From an uncultured virus (IMG/VR IMGVR_UViG_3300014680_000032) (lineage: Duplodnaviria > Heunggongvirae > Uroviricota > Caudoviricetes): a stretch of DNA of 64,000 nucleotides. The stretch lies in the IMG/VR virus record IMGVR_UViG_3300014680_000032; one strand, 5' to 3'. Positions 37,992-48,029 of this stretch are shown piece by piece; position 1 is the stretch's first letter; each line of letters begins with the position of its first letter. The position numbers and the translations under genes were made by a program. The notes under the pieces are model-generated. The model was not told the DNA's origin and ran no database searches. It worked only from the letters and a program-made list of their open reading frames with translations.

Positions 37992-39122
37992 ATGTCAGCA
38001 TGCAAGCCAGATGATTTACGCCGTGCCCAGCTGCAATTAAACCAGTCTTTGCAAAATGGTGGAGTTCGTAGAGATCAACAGAGCCGCCAGCGTGCAGATA
38101 GAGAACAGCGGGCATTTGCAGAAAAAGAAATTGAATATGATGATTGGGGACGAAAGATCCCTAAACCTATGTTCTTGCGACCACAAGATATTGCCCAAGG
38201 GGAAAAATATGATGTCGAAAGGGTACTTTTTACAACATTAGGTCAGCGAGATGGAGAAGTACCACGGCGTATTACCCGTGATGATATTTTGGCATTTCAA
38301 GAAAACATTCAGTTATTAAAAGATCAGTATAGTAAGGGCATTACCCCTCAAAACATCATTAATTTAAGCCGACAAGATGATATTGACCGTGCAAATGAGC
38401 AAATATATTTGGCGGTACCAGTCAGCAGAAAAGCTGGATTAGTGCACTTACTTACTAATGCCGGTCCAAATAGTAAAGTCTTAAATCATCACGTTGAGAT
38501 TGAGTTTTCAAATTTTAAATCTGTCGTATTTGATATCGACAAGCAGGCATTAACCACTGTTAAAAACCGCCTAGCTAAAGGCAAAATCAAATTTCAGTGT
38601 GACTGCGAACGTCATACGTTCTGGTACCGCTATATGGCAACTATTGGCGGCTACAATTTGGGACGTGATGAGGGCGGCTTTCCGAAAATACGTAACCCGC
38701 ATTTATCCGGTGTGGCTTGTAAGCATGTATTGCGCGTTGTTAAGTGGATTAGTTCACCAGCAGGGATTGCCTACCTTAAAAAGGAAGTAGAGAAAGACCG
38801 TAAGAAACAAGTAGGTGCACGGTATAAGCAAACAGATAAGCAAATACAGAATTCAATTAACGAGCAAGTAATGGATTTGATGAATGGTTCTGTTAAGCCA
38901 ATCAAAGCCAATATCCAAAAAGCAGAAAAAGAAATGATGCGTAGAGCTGATAAAGTTGCCAAAAAGCTCTTAGAACGCGAATTAAAAACCCTCAAACGTT
39001 TTGAAGTGGAAACTGTTAGAGCAAGTCAAATTGAAAGAATTCAAGCCTTACATAAATCAGGCGCAATCGACAATGACATGTTAAATGTCTTTATGAAGGG
39101 TTTAAGTCGAAATGCTAAATAG
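37992..39122 (+). CDS. Morphogenetic protein with a SWIM-like Zn motif
   Basis: CDC...CKH. Confidence 0.65.
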   Translation: MSACKPDDLRRAQLQLNQSLQNGGVRRDQQSRQRADREQRAFAEKEIEYDDWGRKIPKPMFLRPQDIAQGEKYDVERVLFTTLGQRDGEVPRRITRDDILAFQENIQLLKDQYSKGITPQNIINLSRQDDIDRANEQIYLAVPVSRKAGLVHLLTNAGPNSKVLNHHVEIEFSNFKSVVFDIDKQALTTVKNRLAKGKIKFQCDCERHTFWYRYMATIGGYNLGRDEGGFPKIRNPHLSGVACKHVLRVVKWISSPAGIAYLKKEVEKDRKKQVGARYKQTDKQIQNSINEQVMDLMNGSVKPIKANIQKAEKEMMRRADKVAKKLLERELKTLKRFEVETVRASQIERIQALHKSGAIDNDMLNVFMKGLSRNAK

Positions 39123-39660
39123 ATCAGTAAATCAAGTTGCAAATGGACGCCGTTTAGCAGCTAGACGTGTTGTGATGAATGCTCTAGCAAGTATTCCCGC
39201 GCAAATTTGGCGAAAAGAAGTAGTTTTCAATAATCCGGCTGAAGATTCAAAACCTTTAGATCCTCTTTCTTTTGAAGCGAACACTTTATCGATTCAAGAC
39301 GAACCCAACTACAAGTATGAATATAAGGGCGCTGCTTATGTTCATTTCGATAAATTTAATGGTGGTTATATTCAAAAGAACTTCTCAATGAATAACCCAT
39401 CTGACTTGGTGCTAACCGCTCAAGTAGAGACATTCAATGAAGAATTGGATGATGTTTTGGAAAGGATAATCAACATCCCTGACTTGATTCTTAAAGAAGG
39501 TGATCTTTTAGGTTTAATGATTTATGAAAACCTAATGTTGTGGTTTGAGATTGTAAATATTACTGGTTTTAGCCTCATGGCAGATTTTGGCAGTAAGTAT
39601 GTTTTAAACCGTAGAGATGATTTGTTTATTTCACCTATAGGTGATGGAGAAACTAAATGA
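39112..39660 (+). CDS. Putative head-completion protein
   Basis: Late operon position; LKEGDL motif. Confidence 0.5.
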   Translation: MLNRSVNQVANGRRLAARRVVMNALASIPAQIWRKEVVFNNPAEDSKPLDPLSFEANTLSIQDEPNYKYEYKGAAYVHFDKFNGGYIQKNFSMNNPSDLVLTAQVETFNEELDDVLERIINIPDLILKEGDLLGLMIYENLMLWFEIVNITGFSLMADFGSKYVLNRRDDLFISPIGDGETK

Positions 39661-39959
39661 GCTATTTAATTTTCAATGAAAAAGGTAAAAAGACAGGCGA
39701 CATTGAAATGGCTGAACAATGTACTTCTGCAATATTCAATTACCAGGTAATCGGGAACGGGGCAGAAGTAGAGTTTTTCGGAAGCAATATTCCATATGCA
39801 GATCCGCAAAACGATTCTCACTGGGTGTCTATTCTTACATTAACAGCTGCTGCGCCCGATACTGAACCGTTTAGACAGCATTGCTGGGATAAGCTCCGTT
39901 ATAAAGTGAAAGCAGGTGATAATGTGGAGATTTATGTTTCAAGTGGTGTAAGCGGATAG
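39657..39959 (+). CDS. Small structural or hypothetical protein
   Basis: Coupled ORF. Confidence 0.6.
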   Translation: MSYLIFNEKGKKTGDIEMAEQCTSAIFNYQVIGNGAEVEFFGSNIPYADPQNDSHWVSILTLTAAAPDTEPFRQHCWDKLRYKVKAGDNVEIYVSSGVSG

Positions 39960-40034
39960 CTATATAAATAAAGGGCTGAGATGGTCCTTTAGCTACATTT
40001 TCTTTGTCCTCAATTTTGGGGACTTTTTTATGTT

Positions 40035-40075
40035 TGGAACCGACCAGTTTTAGTAAAAATACGCCATGTCAGACT
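40035..40075 (+). promoter_or_regulatory. Late-type promoter TGGAAC-N29-CAGACT, downstream of a terminator at 40006-40029
   Basis: Motif copy upstream of the capsid gene. Confidence 0.7.
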
Positions 40076-40113
40076 TTCTGCATCTTACATAGAAAGCCAA
40101 AGGCTGGTTTAAA

Positions 40114-41882
40114 ATGACTGTGTTAACAGAAGAAATTCGTAAAAAGTATGATGCTCAACAACTAGCTACTGTTCAGTGCCGAAATTACTATTTCAAAAGT
40201 CCTGAAGAGCTTGAAAATGGGTTTGACAGTGCTCAAACAGCGGCAGATGAGTACCCAGAAGTATTAAAAGCAATTTTTGATTCAATTGGTATCGAATATG
40301 CGCCAGAAGTTGATAAAGCTGTGATGTTTGGGGTATCACAATATNNNNNNNNNNATTACCACATCCCTCAATCATTGCAGCTGCATTAACTGCTGGTTTA
40401 AGTGGTGCGAAACAAGCAGCTGCTTTGCCTGCCGAGACCCTTAGCTATTACGATAGTATTAATGAATCTGGTTTTGATGATGTAAATCACCAGCATCATG
40501 AATCTGTAAGCATCGTTCCAGCAATTACAGTTGCTACTATCGCCAACGTTATCGCTTATGCAACACCTATCGTTGCTATGATTCCCAACTCAAATGGCTC
40601 AAATGAAGTACCGATTGTATCTATTCGCTTTATCACCAACCGTGATTTTGGTGCAATGAAGAAATCAGAATACTTAGATGGTGCAAATGCTTCTAAGCCT
40701 TATGTTGAAGGACGATTCCGTTTTGCATTGTCTAATGGTGGCGCAGGTGCAACTTATACTGTGACTGCACGAACTGGTTATGAAGACTTCAAGGCTAAAA
40801 CACCTGACGCCAAAGCGAGTTTATTGCCATTTATTGCGGGTAATGTATCTATTAAGATCAATGGTAAAGAAGTTGCGCATACTCGAAATCGCAGTAAATC
40901 AAAATTTTCAGGCAAGATTTCTGCTATTGCTGAGAAAGACGTAGTAGTAAACGGCGTTGAATATCGTGTAGTTGGTAGCGAAATTGACATTTCAGCTAGC
41001 AAAATTAGCGTGACATTAAATGAAGCATTACCAGCTGGTGCGAAAATTGAAGTTCATCTTGTGGCGGATTTTGATGCGCGTGATGGTAATGATAACTATC
41101 TATTAACCCCAGTTGGTGTTGATTTCGAACCTGAATATGAAACATTGATTGCGTCACCTATCATGGCACGGGTAACAGCTTCAACACTATTACAATCTCA
41201 GTTAACTAACGAACTTAAGCTTGGTTTTCTGGGTCAGGCTTTAGCAATTGTTCAAGGTAAAATCTTCTTAGAACAAACTGTACGTTTATTAGGTGAAGCA
41301 AAAGATTTAGCTGAATACTCCGCTCGTGAAGTTACTTTTGATGCTTCTCGTGGTGTGACTGGAAAATTAGCAGCTGCATTTAATACTTCAGGTGACTTGT
41401 TTGCGGAAGTAAATAAATTTATTGCAGCTGCCAAATTGGATATTAACCAACGTACTGGTGGCTCTACCGTAGCATTTGACTTATATGTTGGCGATACTGG
41501 GTCAGTATTCTTTAATCAACTGTCAAGCGACAAGATGCCAGTTAAAACCGGATACACTGCTGGTTATGGTCAAATTGTCCGTATTGGTACTCTTGCAGAT
41601 GGTACAAACGTTTACCACGCACCGACAGCACAAGAGCTTGTAGCTGAAGCAGATACAGCGTTTGATATGCTTTTAGTTGGTCGTGGTAATGAGCCAATTC
41701 GTGCGCCGTTCGTTGGCTTTATTCAAACGCCTCTTTCAGTTATTGAAACTCGACCAGATGCGCGTGAATCAGTACTTACTTTAATCGGTGCTCAAGCAGC
41801 CGAAATGAACCCGTTAGAACGTTATGCTGATCAAAGCTATGTCATCCACTGTATCAATATGCCATCTCTCAAAAATTCGTAA
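40114..41882 (+). CDS. Major capsid protein (P1 gp23-like), spanning an assembly gap at 40345-40354
   Basis: After the N-run the frame LPHPSIIAAAL... runs into ORF 40425..41882; own late promoter and terminator. Confidence 0.75.
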
Positions 41883-41894
41883 GTAAAACAGATA

Positions 41895-41919
41895 AGGGCG
41901 CATTTCGATGCGCCTTTTT
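41895..41919 (+). terminator. Intrinsic terminator
   Basis: AAGGGCGCAT-TTCG-ATGCGCCTTTTT. Confidence 0.8.
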
Positions 41920-41945
41920 ACCCTATTTATTGAAAGGAAAATCTC

Positions 41946-42572
41946 ATGGCTGCTGCAACACAAAACACTGACGAAACTTTAGCTTCAACTGACGAACAAG
42001 CGACTACTAAACAAAAAAACACACGTAATAAAACCAATAAAACTACAGAAACACAGAATACCCAAGCTGGTGATGAAAAAGCTTCAGACCAAGGTGATTT
42101 GTTAAATAGCCAAGGTCCTGAAGACGGCGCATCTCAAGATGAAGGTAATAAACCTACTGATTTGAAAAATGGCGATTCAGATAATGAAGAGTCCAATACT
42201 CAAGAAAATGGAAATCCAACTGAAACATCGAATGATTCTGTCAAACCTTCAAATGATCTAGATTCAAATGGTGGTAAGTCTGGTGATGATGTGGGGACGG
42301 AATCGGATCATGTCCTTAAAGAAACTGATACTTCTAAAGTTAATACTCCCATTACGGATTTGTTAACAGTATCAGGTGGGAGTAGCGTGGATCCGCTAGT
42401 TATTAAAGTTACTAATAACGGATTTTCAACAGTTTTAGAACCGTTATCACGTGTTGCTATTGAGGCAGGTAAAACAGCAAGTATTACGTGTCATAACCAA
42501 ACATTTAAACATCAAGTACTGGAAAACTTACGTCAGTTGAAGGGGCTTGGTAAGAATCTAACTGTTGAGTAA
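41946..42572 (+). CDS. Low-complexity acidic protein with a small C-terminal domain
   Basis: D/N/S/T-rich; the C-terminus resembles the next gene (NNG...EP...AG...L.NL.Q..GL). Confidence 0.7.
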   Translation: MAAATQNTDETLASTDEQATTKQKNTRNKTNKTTETQNTQAGDEKASDQGDLLNSQGPEDGASQDEGNKPTDLKNGDSDNEESNTQENGNPTETSNDSVKPSNDLDSNGGKSGDDVGTESDHVLKETDTSKVNTPITDLLTVSGGSSVDPLVIKVTNNGFSTVLEPLSRVAIEAGKTASITCHNQTFKHQVLENLRQLKGLGKNLTVE

Positions 42573-42576
42573 CAAG

Positions 42577-42864
42577 ATGACTATTTTCATTATTGATGGC
42601 ACGAACCCAATTATGGATGCTGTTGGTGATCATCCTACTGAACGAAGTATTACACTTCAAAATAACGGTTTAAGTGACATTACCGAACCATTTACGCAAG
42701 TTTTGGTACAAGCTGGTCAAAAGGTCACATTCACTTTGATCGGTGACGAAGCTCATAAACAATTGCTAGATAACCTAGATCAAATTAATGGCTTGAAAGG
42801 TAATGTACTTCAAATTGTACCTACTGAGGCAGAAGAGCCTACAGAACCTGCTAGCGGATTATAA
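42577..42864 (+). CDS. Small protein paralogous to the C-terminus of the preceding ORF
   Basis: LQNNGLSDITEPFTQVLVQAG...LLDNLDQINGL. Confidence 0.7.
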   Translation: MTIFIIDGTNPIMDAVGDHPTERSITLQNNGLSDITEPFTQVLVQAGQKVTFTLIGDEAHKQLLDNLDQINGLKGNVLQIVPTEAEEPTEPASGL

Positions 42865-42908
42865 AATTTAGGAAATGAAAAACCACTTTCGAGTGGTTTT
42901 TTTTACAT

Positions 42909-42949
42909 TGGAACTAGCCAGAAAATCAAAAAAGCCAACGGCTCAAAAT
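42909..42949 (+). promoter_or_regulatory. Late-type promoter TGGAAC-N29-CAAAAT, downstream of a terminator at 42878-42904
   Basis: Motif copy. Confidence 0.7.
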
Positions 42950-42982
42950 ACTTAAAACAAATAGCCTTGGGCGTGTAATGTA

Positions 42983-44278
42983 ATGAATATACTTGCTCTA
43001 TCAAGTACAGGTGAGCTATCCCTTGTAGCAGGGGCCAGCCCATCACTAAAACTGGAATTTGATACTCACAGTTATCTTGCAAATACAGAAATCAATGTGG
43101 CCTTTTTTGCGAAAGTAACTAGCCCACGCGGTCCTGCAGATATTTCTATGCGTTTGGAAATCCGTGATGCGGTAACAGGTGATCAAATTGTTACTGTTCA
43201 GGGATTAGTAGATGGAGACATTGAAAATTCTGCTTCTATTGTCGCTGTAGCTGATGCGAAAGAATATTTTGAGCGTTTTGATTTATCGTTAGGTATTGAT
43301 GCGTTACAAGCAATACTCAAATCAAATGCTTATAACGAATCAAATAGCTTAGGTCGTGCTTCAAAAACATTGGCATTGGAAGATGAATCGTTACCATCAT
43401 TTAATCCAGATGAACTATATAAGATTCTGACGAGTCAATTAAGTACACCAGCATATCTGACTTTACCAAATCCTCATGATTTACCAATTTATGTTGCGGC
43501 ACAACGTGCAGCTACAAAGTTACGTATTCCTTTGGATGCTGAAATCAACCCAACTTTTACAGCTGAGCAAGCAGCTCAATTTGCGACAAGTGTAGATGCA
43601 CAATCACAGTTTGTTCAATTCATTTGGAGTCCGAACCTATGCCGTCCATCTGGTGCTGTCACACTAAGAGGGCGTAAGGTCCCAGCTTATTATTTGGGCC
43701 ATTACATCGGCGATAAATTATTACGTAACGCAAAGTTAAATAAACAAGGCTTTGCGCCGTTAAAAAATGCAGTAGCTTGGAAAGATTATCCATTTACAGC
43801 AAAAAACTTAAGCCAGATGCCGAATATTGATCTTGAAGATGAACAGACTCAAGAAATGTTGGCAAAGGCTAAAGTAAATGTAGTTCGCCCAGTTAAGTTT
43901 GAAACTACATTATTCGTTTTAAGTGATGTATTAACCCAGTATCAAAGTAAAAATAGTGCATTGCGTTTAGTTCCTGCAGCTGAGATTGCGGCACGAGTTA
44001 CGAATAAATGTATCGAAATCCTTAGAACTTACATGTTCCAAGCTACACCGGACTATATCAAAAAAGCTGGTGATGAAATTCAAGAGTTTTTAGAGGGTGC
44101 TTCTAGTGAAACAACCGGTTGGTTACAACCGGCTGAAGATCTAGGTGGTAAACCTTTTGAGTTCAGTTTAATACCTGACAAAGACTATCCATATGAGCGT
44201 GTACGACTCTATTTAGCCCATGGAGTTGTTGGTACAACTCGTGCCGCAATTTTTGATGACGACGTTTTAGTTAAATAA
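42983..44278 (+). CDS. Tail sheath-like protein
   Basis: LAKAKVNVV...DVLT and a C-terminal fold pattern typical of contractile sheaths. Confidence 0.65.
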   Translation: MNILALSSTGELSLVAGASPSLKLEFDTHSYLANTEINVAFFAKVTSPRGPADISMRLEIRDAVTGDQIVTVQGLVDGDIENSASIVAVADAKEYFERFDLSLGIDALQAILKSNAYNESNSLGRASKTLALEDESLPSFNPDELYKILTSQLSTPAYLTLPNPHDLPIYVAAQRAATKLRIPLDAEINPTFTAEQAAQFATSVDAQSQFVQFIWSPNLCRPSGAVTLRGRKVPAYYLGHYIGDKLLRNAKLNKQGFAPLKNAVAWKDYPFTAKNLSQMPNIDLEDEQTQEMLAKAKVNVVRPVKFETTLFVLSDVLTQYQSKNSALRLVPAAEIAARVTNKCIEILRTYMFQATPDYIKKAGDEIQEFLEGASSETTGWLQPAEDLGGKPFEFSLIPDKDYPYERVRLYLAHGVVGTTRAAIFDDDVLVK

Positions 44279-44296
44279 TTTTAAGGATCTATCAAG

Positions 44297-45064
44297 ATGA
44301 ATCCATTTGGCCCAACTACAGAAAAACCTTTAGCTTTACGTGCTTTTGATTCAGCAGCGGAGAATATTTCTACCGTTGTAAGTAAGGTTTCAAGTACTGA
44401 TCGAGAACAGCAATCTGTGATTGAACAAGTACGACAAATTGCTCTGAACATTCTATCTGATACGGTAGATACAATCAGTGAAGGTAAGCTTGAAGAAGGT
44501 GAACTGGGCGTTGATCATTTAGACGCATTAATTGTCGATGCATTAGATGGTGCAGATGATGAAGACGGTATCTATGAAAACGCTTTGATGGCGTCTCTTT
44601 CCGATGCTTTCTTAACATTTGGCGTTGACGCTACTGATATTGAAGAGATCTTTAGTGATGATACAGAAGTTGCTGATGCGGCGTTAGAAGCAGCAGCCAA
44701 TACAGTTCTTGCTAATATGCCAGACGAAGGCCCTGAACTTGAAGAACTGGTTCGTGAGTTTATTTTCGGTGAAGCAGATGAAACTGAAGAAGGTTTCGAT
44801 TCAATGGCTAAAAAAATTAAAGCTCGAAATGGAGCATTTAGCCAACGGAAAGTAAATGGGCGAAAAATTCACTACCGTGGTGTGCTGGCTATTCGTCAAG
44901 GTGTCAAAACCGTTGTGAATAAACGATTACCTGGTCAAAAGGTCCGTTTAACTGCAGCACAAAAAGCTGGTATGAAAAAAGCTCGACTTCATGCTTTTAC
45001 TGCAAATGCAATCAACAAGCGTTTACGTTCATTCAAAAAAGGTAAACGCTTAGGTATTTACTAA
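44297..45064 (+). CDS. Putative prohead core/scaffold protein
   Basis: Strongly acidic N-terminal part and strongly basic C-terminal part separated by GFDS. Confidence 0.55.
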   Translation: MNPFGPTTEKPLALRAFDSAAENISTVVSKVSSTDREQQSVIEQVRQIALNILSDTVDTISEGKLEEGELGVDHLDALIVDALDGADDEDGIYENALMASLSDAFLTFGVDATDIEEIFSDDTEVADAALEAAANTVLANMPDEGPELEELVREFIFGEADETEEGFDSMAKKIKARNGAFSQRKVNGRKIHYRGVLAIRQGVKTVVNKRLPGQKVRLTAAQKAGMKKARLHAFTANAINKRLRSFKKGKRLGIY

Positions 45065-45125
45065 TTACTCATAGGTAAGGTCATTTTTGGCTTTACCTAT
45101 AATCCATTTAATTAAGGAAATACTC

Positions 45126-45404
45126 ATGAATACAACTCAAATCATAGGTGAAGCGCCTGGTATTCAATATCAGAAAAAAACTGATAAAACAGAAATAAAG
45201 ACCAATCAATCATTAACTGACACAATTATTATTGGTCGTTTTATGCGTGGGCGTTTTGATGCACCGATGACAATACATAAGGGTAATATCCGTGGTGAAC
45301 TTGGTTATGAACCAAATAATCCTGATTATCGTTGTGTCCAAGATGCGCTAGATCGGGGTGTACCTTCATTACAGGTTCTGCGAGTACCACCAAATATTGG
45401 ATAA
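45126..45404 (+). CDS. Small protein resembling a tail-sheath N-terminus
   Basis: APGI...IIGRFMRGRFDAP...LRV. Confidence 0.6.
   Translation: MNTTQIIGEAPGIQYQKKTDKTEIKTNQSLTDTIIIGRFMRGRFDAPMTIHKGNIRGELGYEPNNPDYRCVQDALDRGVPSLQVLRVPPNIG
45352..45404 (+). repeat. 53-bp direct repeat, copy 1
   Basis: ATCGGGGTGTACCTTCATTACAGGTTCTGCGAGTACCACCAAATATTGGATAA. Confidence 0.9.
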
Positions 45405-45489
45405 GTTCTAAAAAGAAAGCCAGCTGTATAGCTGGCTTTAATATAAGGGGAGTTCCAGTAGGAACGTCTTAATTTAATGATATGCCCTT

Positions 45490-46386
45490 TCAGTTCACAG
45501 GTTCAAAAGGAAAGCGTTTTAATACTTTGCCAAGCTCAAGTACTTCATCCTTATGAAGAAACTCCCATAGCCCATTAAACTTTTCGCGTAGTTGCACGAC
45601 ATTAATGGGCGTGTGGTGTAGAGAATATTGCTGTACTGAAAGAGCGCCGTTTTCCTGAATCGAAATCCAGAAGTTTTTCGGACCTTTGGGAGATTGATAC
45701 TTTAGCTTCTCACCTACATGCTGTGCTATTTCATAAGCTAGCGGATTTTCTAATGCTGGATACCGTGCAGCGAGATTATCTACAAATTTTTCTAAACGTT
45801 TAAGTGTATCTGTTTCGGTTGGGCCTAGCTCATGAAGTGGTATTGTCTCAAGATACTGCTTCGCATCATCAAAATGGATTGAAAGCAATTGGCTATATTT
45901 AGCAATTCCAAAGTGGCGATTATGACGTATCCACATAGAGGCTCTTAAACTTCGATCTTTTCCTGCACGACGATCGACGATTGCATGTAAAGCATGCTGT
46001 TGTTCAGGTGAGATAGCTTTTCTATGATTGATTACTTGGCCTTTTGTCCAGTAATTCCATAAGACATCATCACATTCGTTTTGGTACATGATGACAGTGT
46101 CACGAAGTTCAGGTTTTACTTTGTTAGGACTGATGGTGGTGAGCCAAGCAAGAAGTTTTCTTAGTGGTAGACAAACCATTTCCTGTAAGTCGCCAAGAGT
46201 AGGTATAACGATTTTCGTTATACCCCATCGTTGAGGATTGGCATTCAGTTTTGCTAATTGAGACTGCCAAGCTAACCCCATACCCTCAACAATAGGCTTC
46301 ATGGGTGTATATGGCTGACCATCATGTTCCACCAAGTACAACTCAGCATTGTGGAAAGGTACGGTGATTTGAGTTAAAGTAGTCAT
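45490..46386 (-). CDS. ant: Phage antirepressor (P22 Ant N-terminal domain)
   Basis: VPFHNAEL...YTPMKPIVEGMGLAWQSQ...CLPL...YQNECDDVLWNYW. Confidence 0.9.
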   Translation of the reverse strand: MTTLTQITVPFHNAELYLVEHDGQPYTPMKPIVEGMGLAWQSQLAKLNANPQRWGITKIVIPTLGDLQEMVCLPLRKLLAWLTTISPNKVKPELRDTVIMYQNECDDVLWNYWTKGQVINHRKAISPEQQHALHAIVDRRAGKDRSLRASMWIRHNRHFGIAKYSQLLSIHFDDAKQYLETIPLHELGPTETDTLKRLEKFVDNLAARYPALENPLAYEIAQHVGEKLKYQSPKGPKNFWISIQENGALSVQQYSLHHTPINVVQLREKFNGLWEFLHKDEVLELGKVLKRFPFEPVN

Positions 46387-46494
46387 GTCTAATTTCCTCT
46401 TAGAGATTGGATATAACCCCTTGTTTACTTTGATCGGTACAAGGGGTTCTTTTTATCAAGACCATATCCTGTCCTGATGAGTTAAATATAACAA

Positions 46495-46544
46495 CTATTA
46501 AATATAATAGCAATTACGAGTATTAATAAAATTATATTTAATAG
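46495..46544. promoter_or_regulatory. 14-bp inverted repeat between the divergent ant and HTH genes (operator candidate)
   Basis: CTATTAAATATAAT (46495-46508) and ATTATATTTAATAG (46531-46544). Confidence 0.6.
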
Positions 46545-46589
46545 CAATTGTTCTTGTGATACACTGAACTAAATATTTTTTGGTATATC

Positions 46590-46844
46590 GTGATGGTTGA
46601 AAAAAACAATGTCGCAACTTTGCGAGAGCAAGCTGGTATGACAGTTTATCAATTAGCTAAACAATGCGGATTTATATCAAATAATCATGTGCTTAATAGG
46701 TATATAAAAGATGCAGAAGCAGGAAAACACATCAGTGTTTATCGTGCCTTACTCATTTACACCGAACTAAAAAAAGCTGGTGTATGCGAGAAGTTTGAAG
46801 ATGTCTTTTGGCTTGAATGTGATGATAAAGATATCGAAAACTAA
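46590..46844 (+). CDS. HTH regulator divergent from ant
   Basis: LREQAGMTVYQLAKQCG...FEDVF. Confidence 0.75.
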   Translation: MMVEKNNVATLREQAGMTVYQLAKQCGFISNNHVLNRYIKDAEAGKHISVYRALLIYTELKKAGVCEKFEDVFWLECDDKDIEN

Positions 46845-46863
46845 AATATTTTTCTTGTGGAGT

Positions 46864-46933
46864 TGGAACTAACTAACTTCTAAGCTTTCCTCATTGTAAA
46901 TAATGGCTTTATTCAATGAATAGGGTCATTATT
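46864..46933 (+). promoter_or_regulatory. Late-type promoter TGGAAC-N29-AATAAT with hairpin, preceding a truncated gene
   Basis: ATAATGGC...GTCATTAT hairpin; ATG 46934 begins MSKALAYAPAVNTA... Confidence 0.65.
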
Positions 46934-47011
46934 ATGTCCAAAGCTTTAGCTTATGCACCGGCAGTAAATACAGCTAGAACAAAGTTGCCCAGTACTGAAT
47001 CAGATCCTTTC

Positions 47012-47145
47012 TATTTTAGGCACATTACAAGAAAATCAGTTATTATGAAAATCATAACAACTTGATTAACTATTTGTTTTAACTTAACAAACTGAGAAGC
47101 CCAATCTAAGCCAATGCCATCAACGATATGCTTCATGGGTGTGTA
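47012..47145 (-). pseudogene. Fragment of a second antirepressor
   Basis: YTPMKHIVDGIGLDWASQFVKLKQ...MCL is homologous to the Ant N-terminus. Confidence 0.75.
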
Positions 47146-47197
47146 TCGGGGTGTACCTTCAGTACAGGTTCTGCGAGTACCACCAAATATTGGATAA
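47145..47197 (+). repeat. 53-bp direct repeat, copy 2 (one mismatch)
   Basis: ATCGGGGTGTACCTTCAGTACAGGTTCTGCGAGTACCACCAAATATTGGATAA. Confidence 0.9.
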
Positions 47198-47377
47198 AAA
47201 GCTGATTTAAAAAGCTACCTTTTAGGGTGGCTTTTTTATTAAGACCTATTAAGTGGTTGTTAAACAGGTCTTGAAACAGATCTTCAAATTGTTTATATTG
47301 AGTTAACCCTGTAGCAAACTTAACTTTCTGAGGACGGTTCTAATCAATTGGCTACAAATTGATGTAGGACACATCAA

Positions 47378-47665
47378 ATGAGAAACGTCATGAACCACAT
47401 AATCCATAGTCGATTTGTGGCTAGTGTTTCTGAATTAAAAAAGAATCCTACAGCAGTTGTACAAAATGCTTTTGGCGAAGCAGTAGCTATTCTGAATAGA
47501 AATAATCCAGAATTCTACTGTGTTCCGGCAGCAATGTATGAACGCATGATGGATCTAATTGAAGATCAGGAACTAATTAAACTAGCCGAGCAAGTTGATA
47601 CTGACGAAACTGTGAAGGTATCTATTAATGAGTTACGAGCTAGAGTTCTCAAAAACAGCTCTTAA
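47378..47665 (+). CDS. Type II antitoxin, Phd/YefM (StbD/YafN-like)
   Basis: ASVSELKKNP...AVAILNRNNPEFYCVP. Confidence 0.9.
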   Translation: MRNVMNHIIHSRFVASVSELKKNPTAVVQNAFGEAVAILNRNNPEFYCVPAAMYERMMDLIEDQELIKLAEQVDTDETVKVSINELRARVLKNSS

Positions 47666-47894
47666 AAAGTTTGACAAACTTAACCCACAAATCGCTGAGC
47701 AGTTTATTCGTAAGCTGGAAGCAATCCTAGATAACCCTAAGATACCGAAGAATAAGCTGAGAGGATCAGTTGATCTATATAAGATTAAACTGAAATCAGC
47801 AGGATACCGCCTTTTATATCAAGTCAAGGATGATGTAGTCGTAGTTCTTGTTCTTGATGTAGATAGGCGAGATGTTATCTATAAACAGATGTGA
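47628..47894 (+). CDS. relE: Type II toxin, RelE/StbE family
   Basis: YELEFSKTALKKFDKL...YKIKL...GYRLLY...RRDVIY. Confidence 0.9.
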   Translation: MSYELEFSKTALKKFDKLNPQIAEQFIRKLEAILDNPKIPKNKLRGSVDLYKIKLKSAGYRLLYQVKDDVVVVLVLDVDRRDVIYKQM

Positions 47895-47945
47895 TATAGC
47901 CCGCTTTTGCGGGTTTTTTATTAATATAAAGTCAGTTTTCTAAAA

Positions 47946-48029
47946 TGGAACTGATTAAAAACCAATAGCAAAAACATCCTTAATCTTGTTGCATAAATCT
48001 GCATTTTGAGCATCAAAATTATGCAACAA
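47946..48029 (+). promoter_or_regulatory. Late-type promoter TGGAAC-N29-TAATCT with a stem occluding the start codon
   Basis: TTGTTGCATAA pairs with TTATGCAACAA over ATG 48021. Confidence 0.7.

Noticed and set aside
40114..40425. Apparent split or frameshift of the capsid gene
   Set aside because: Caused by the 10-N assembly gap at 40345-40354; both sides read as one protein.
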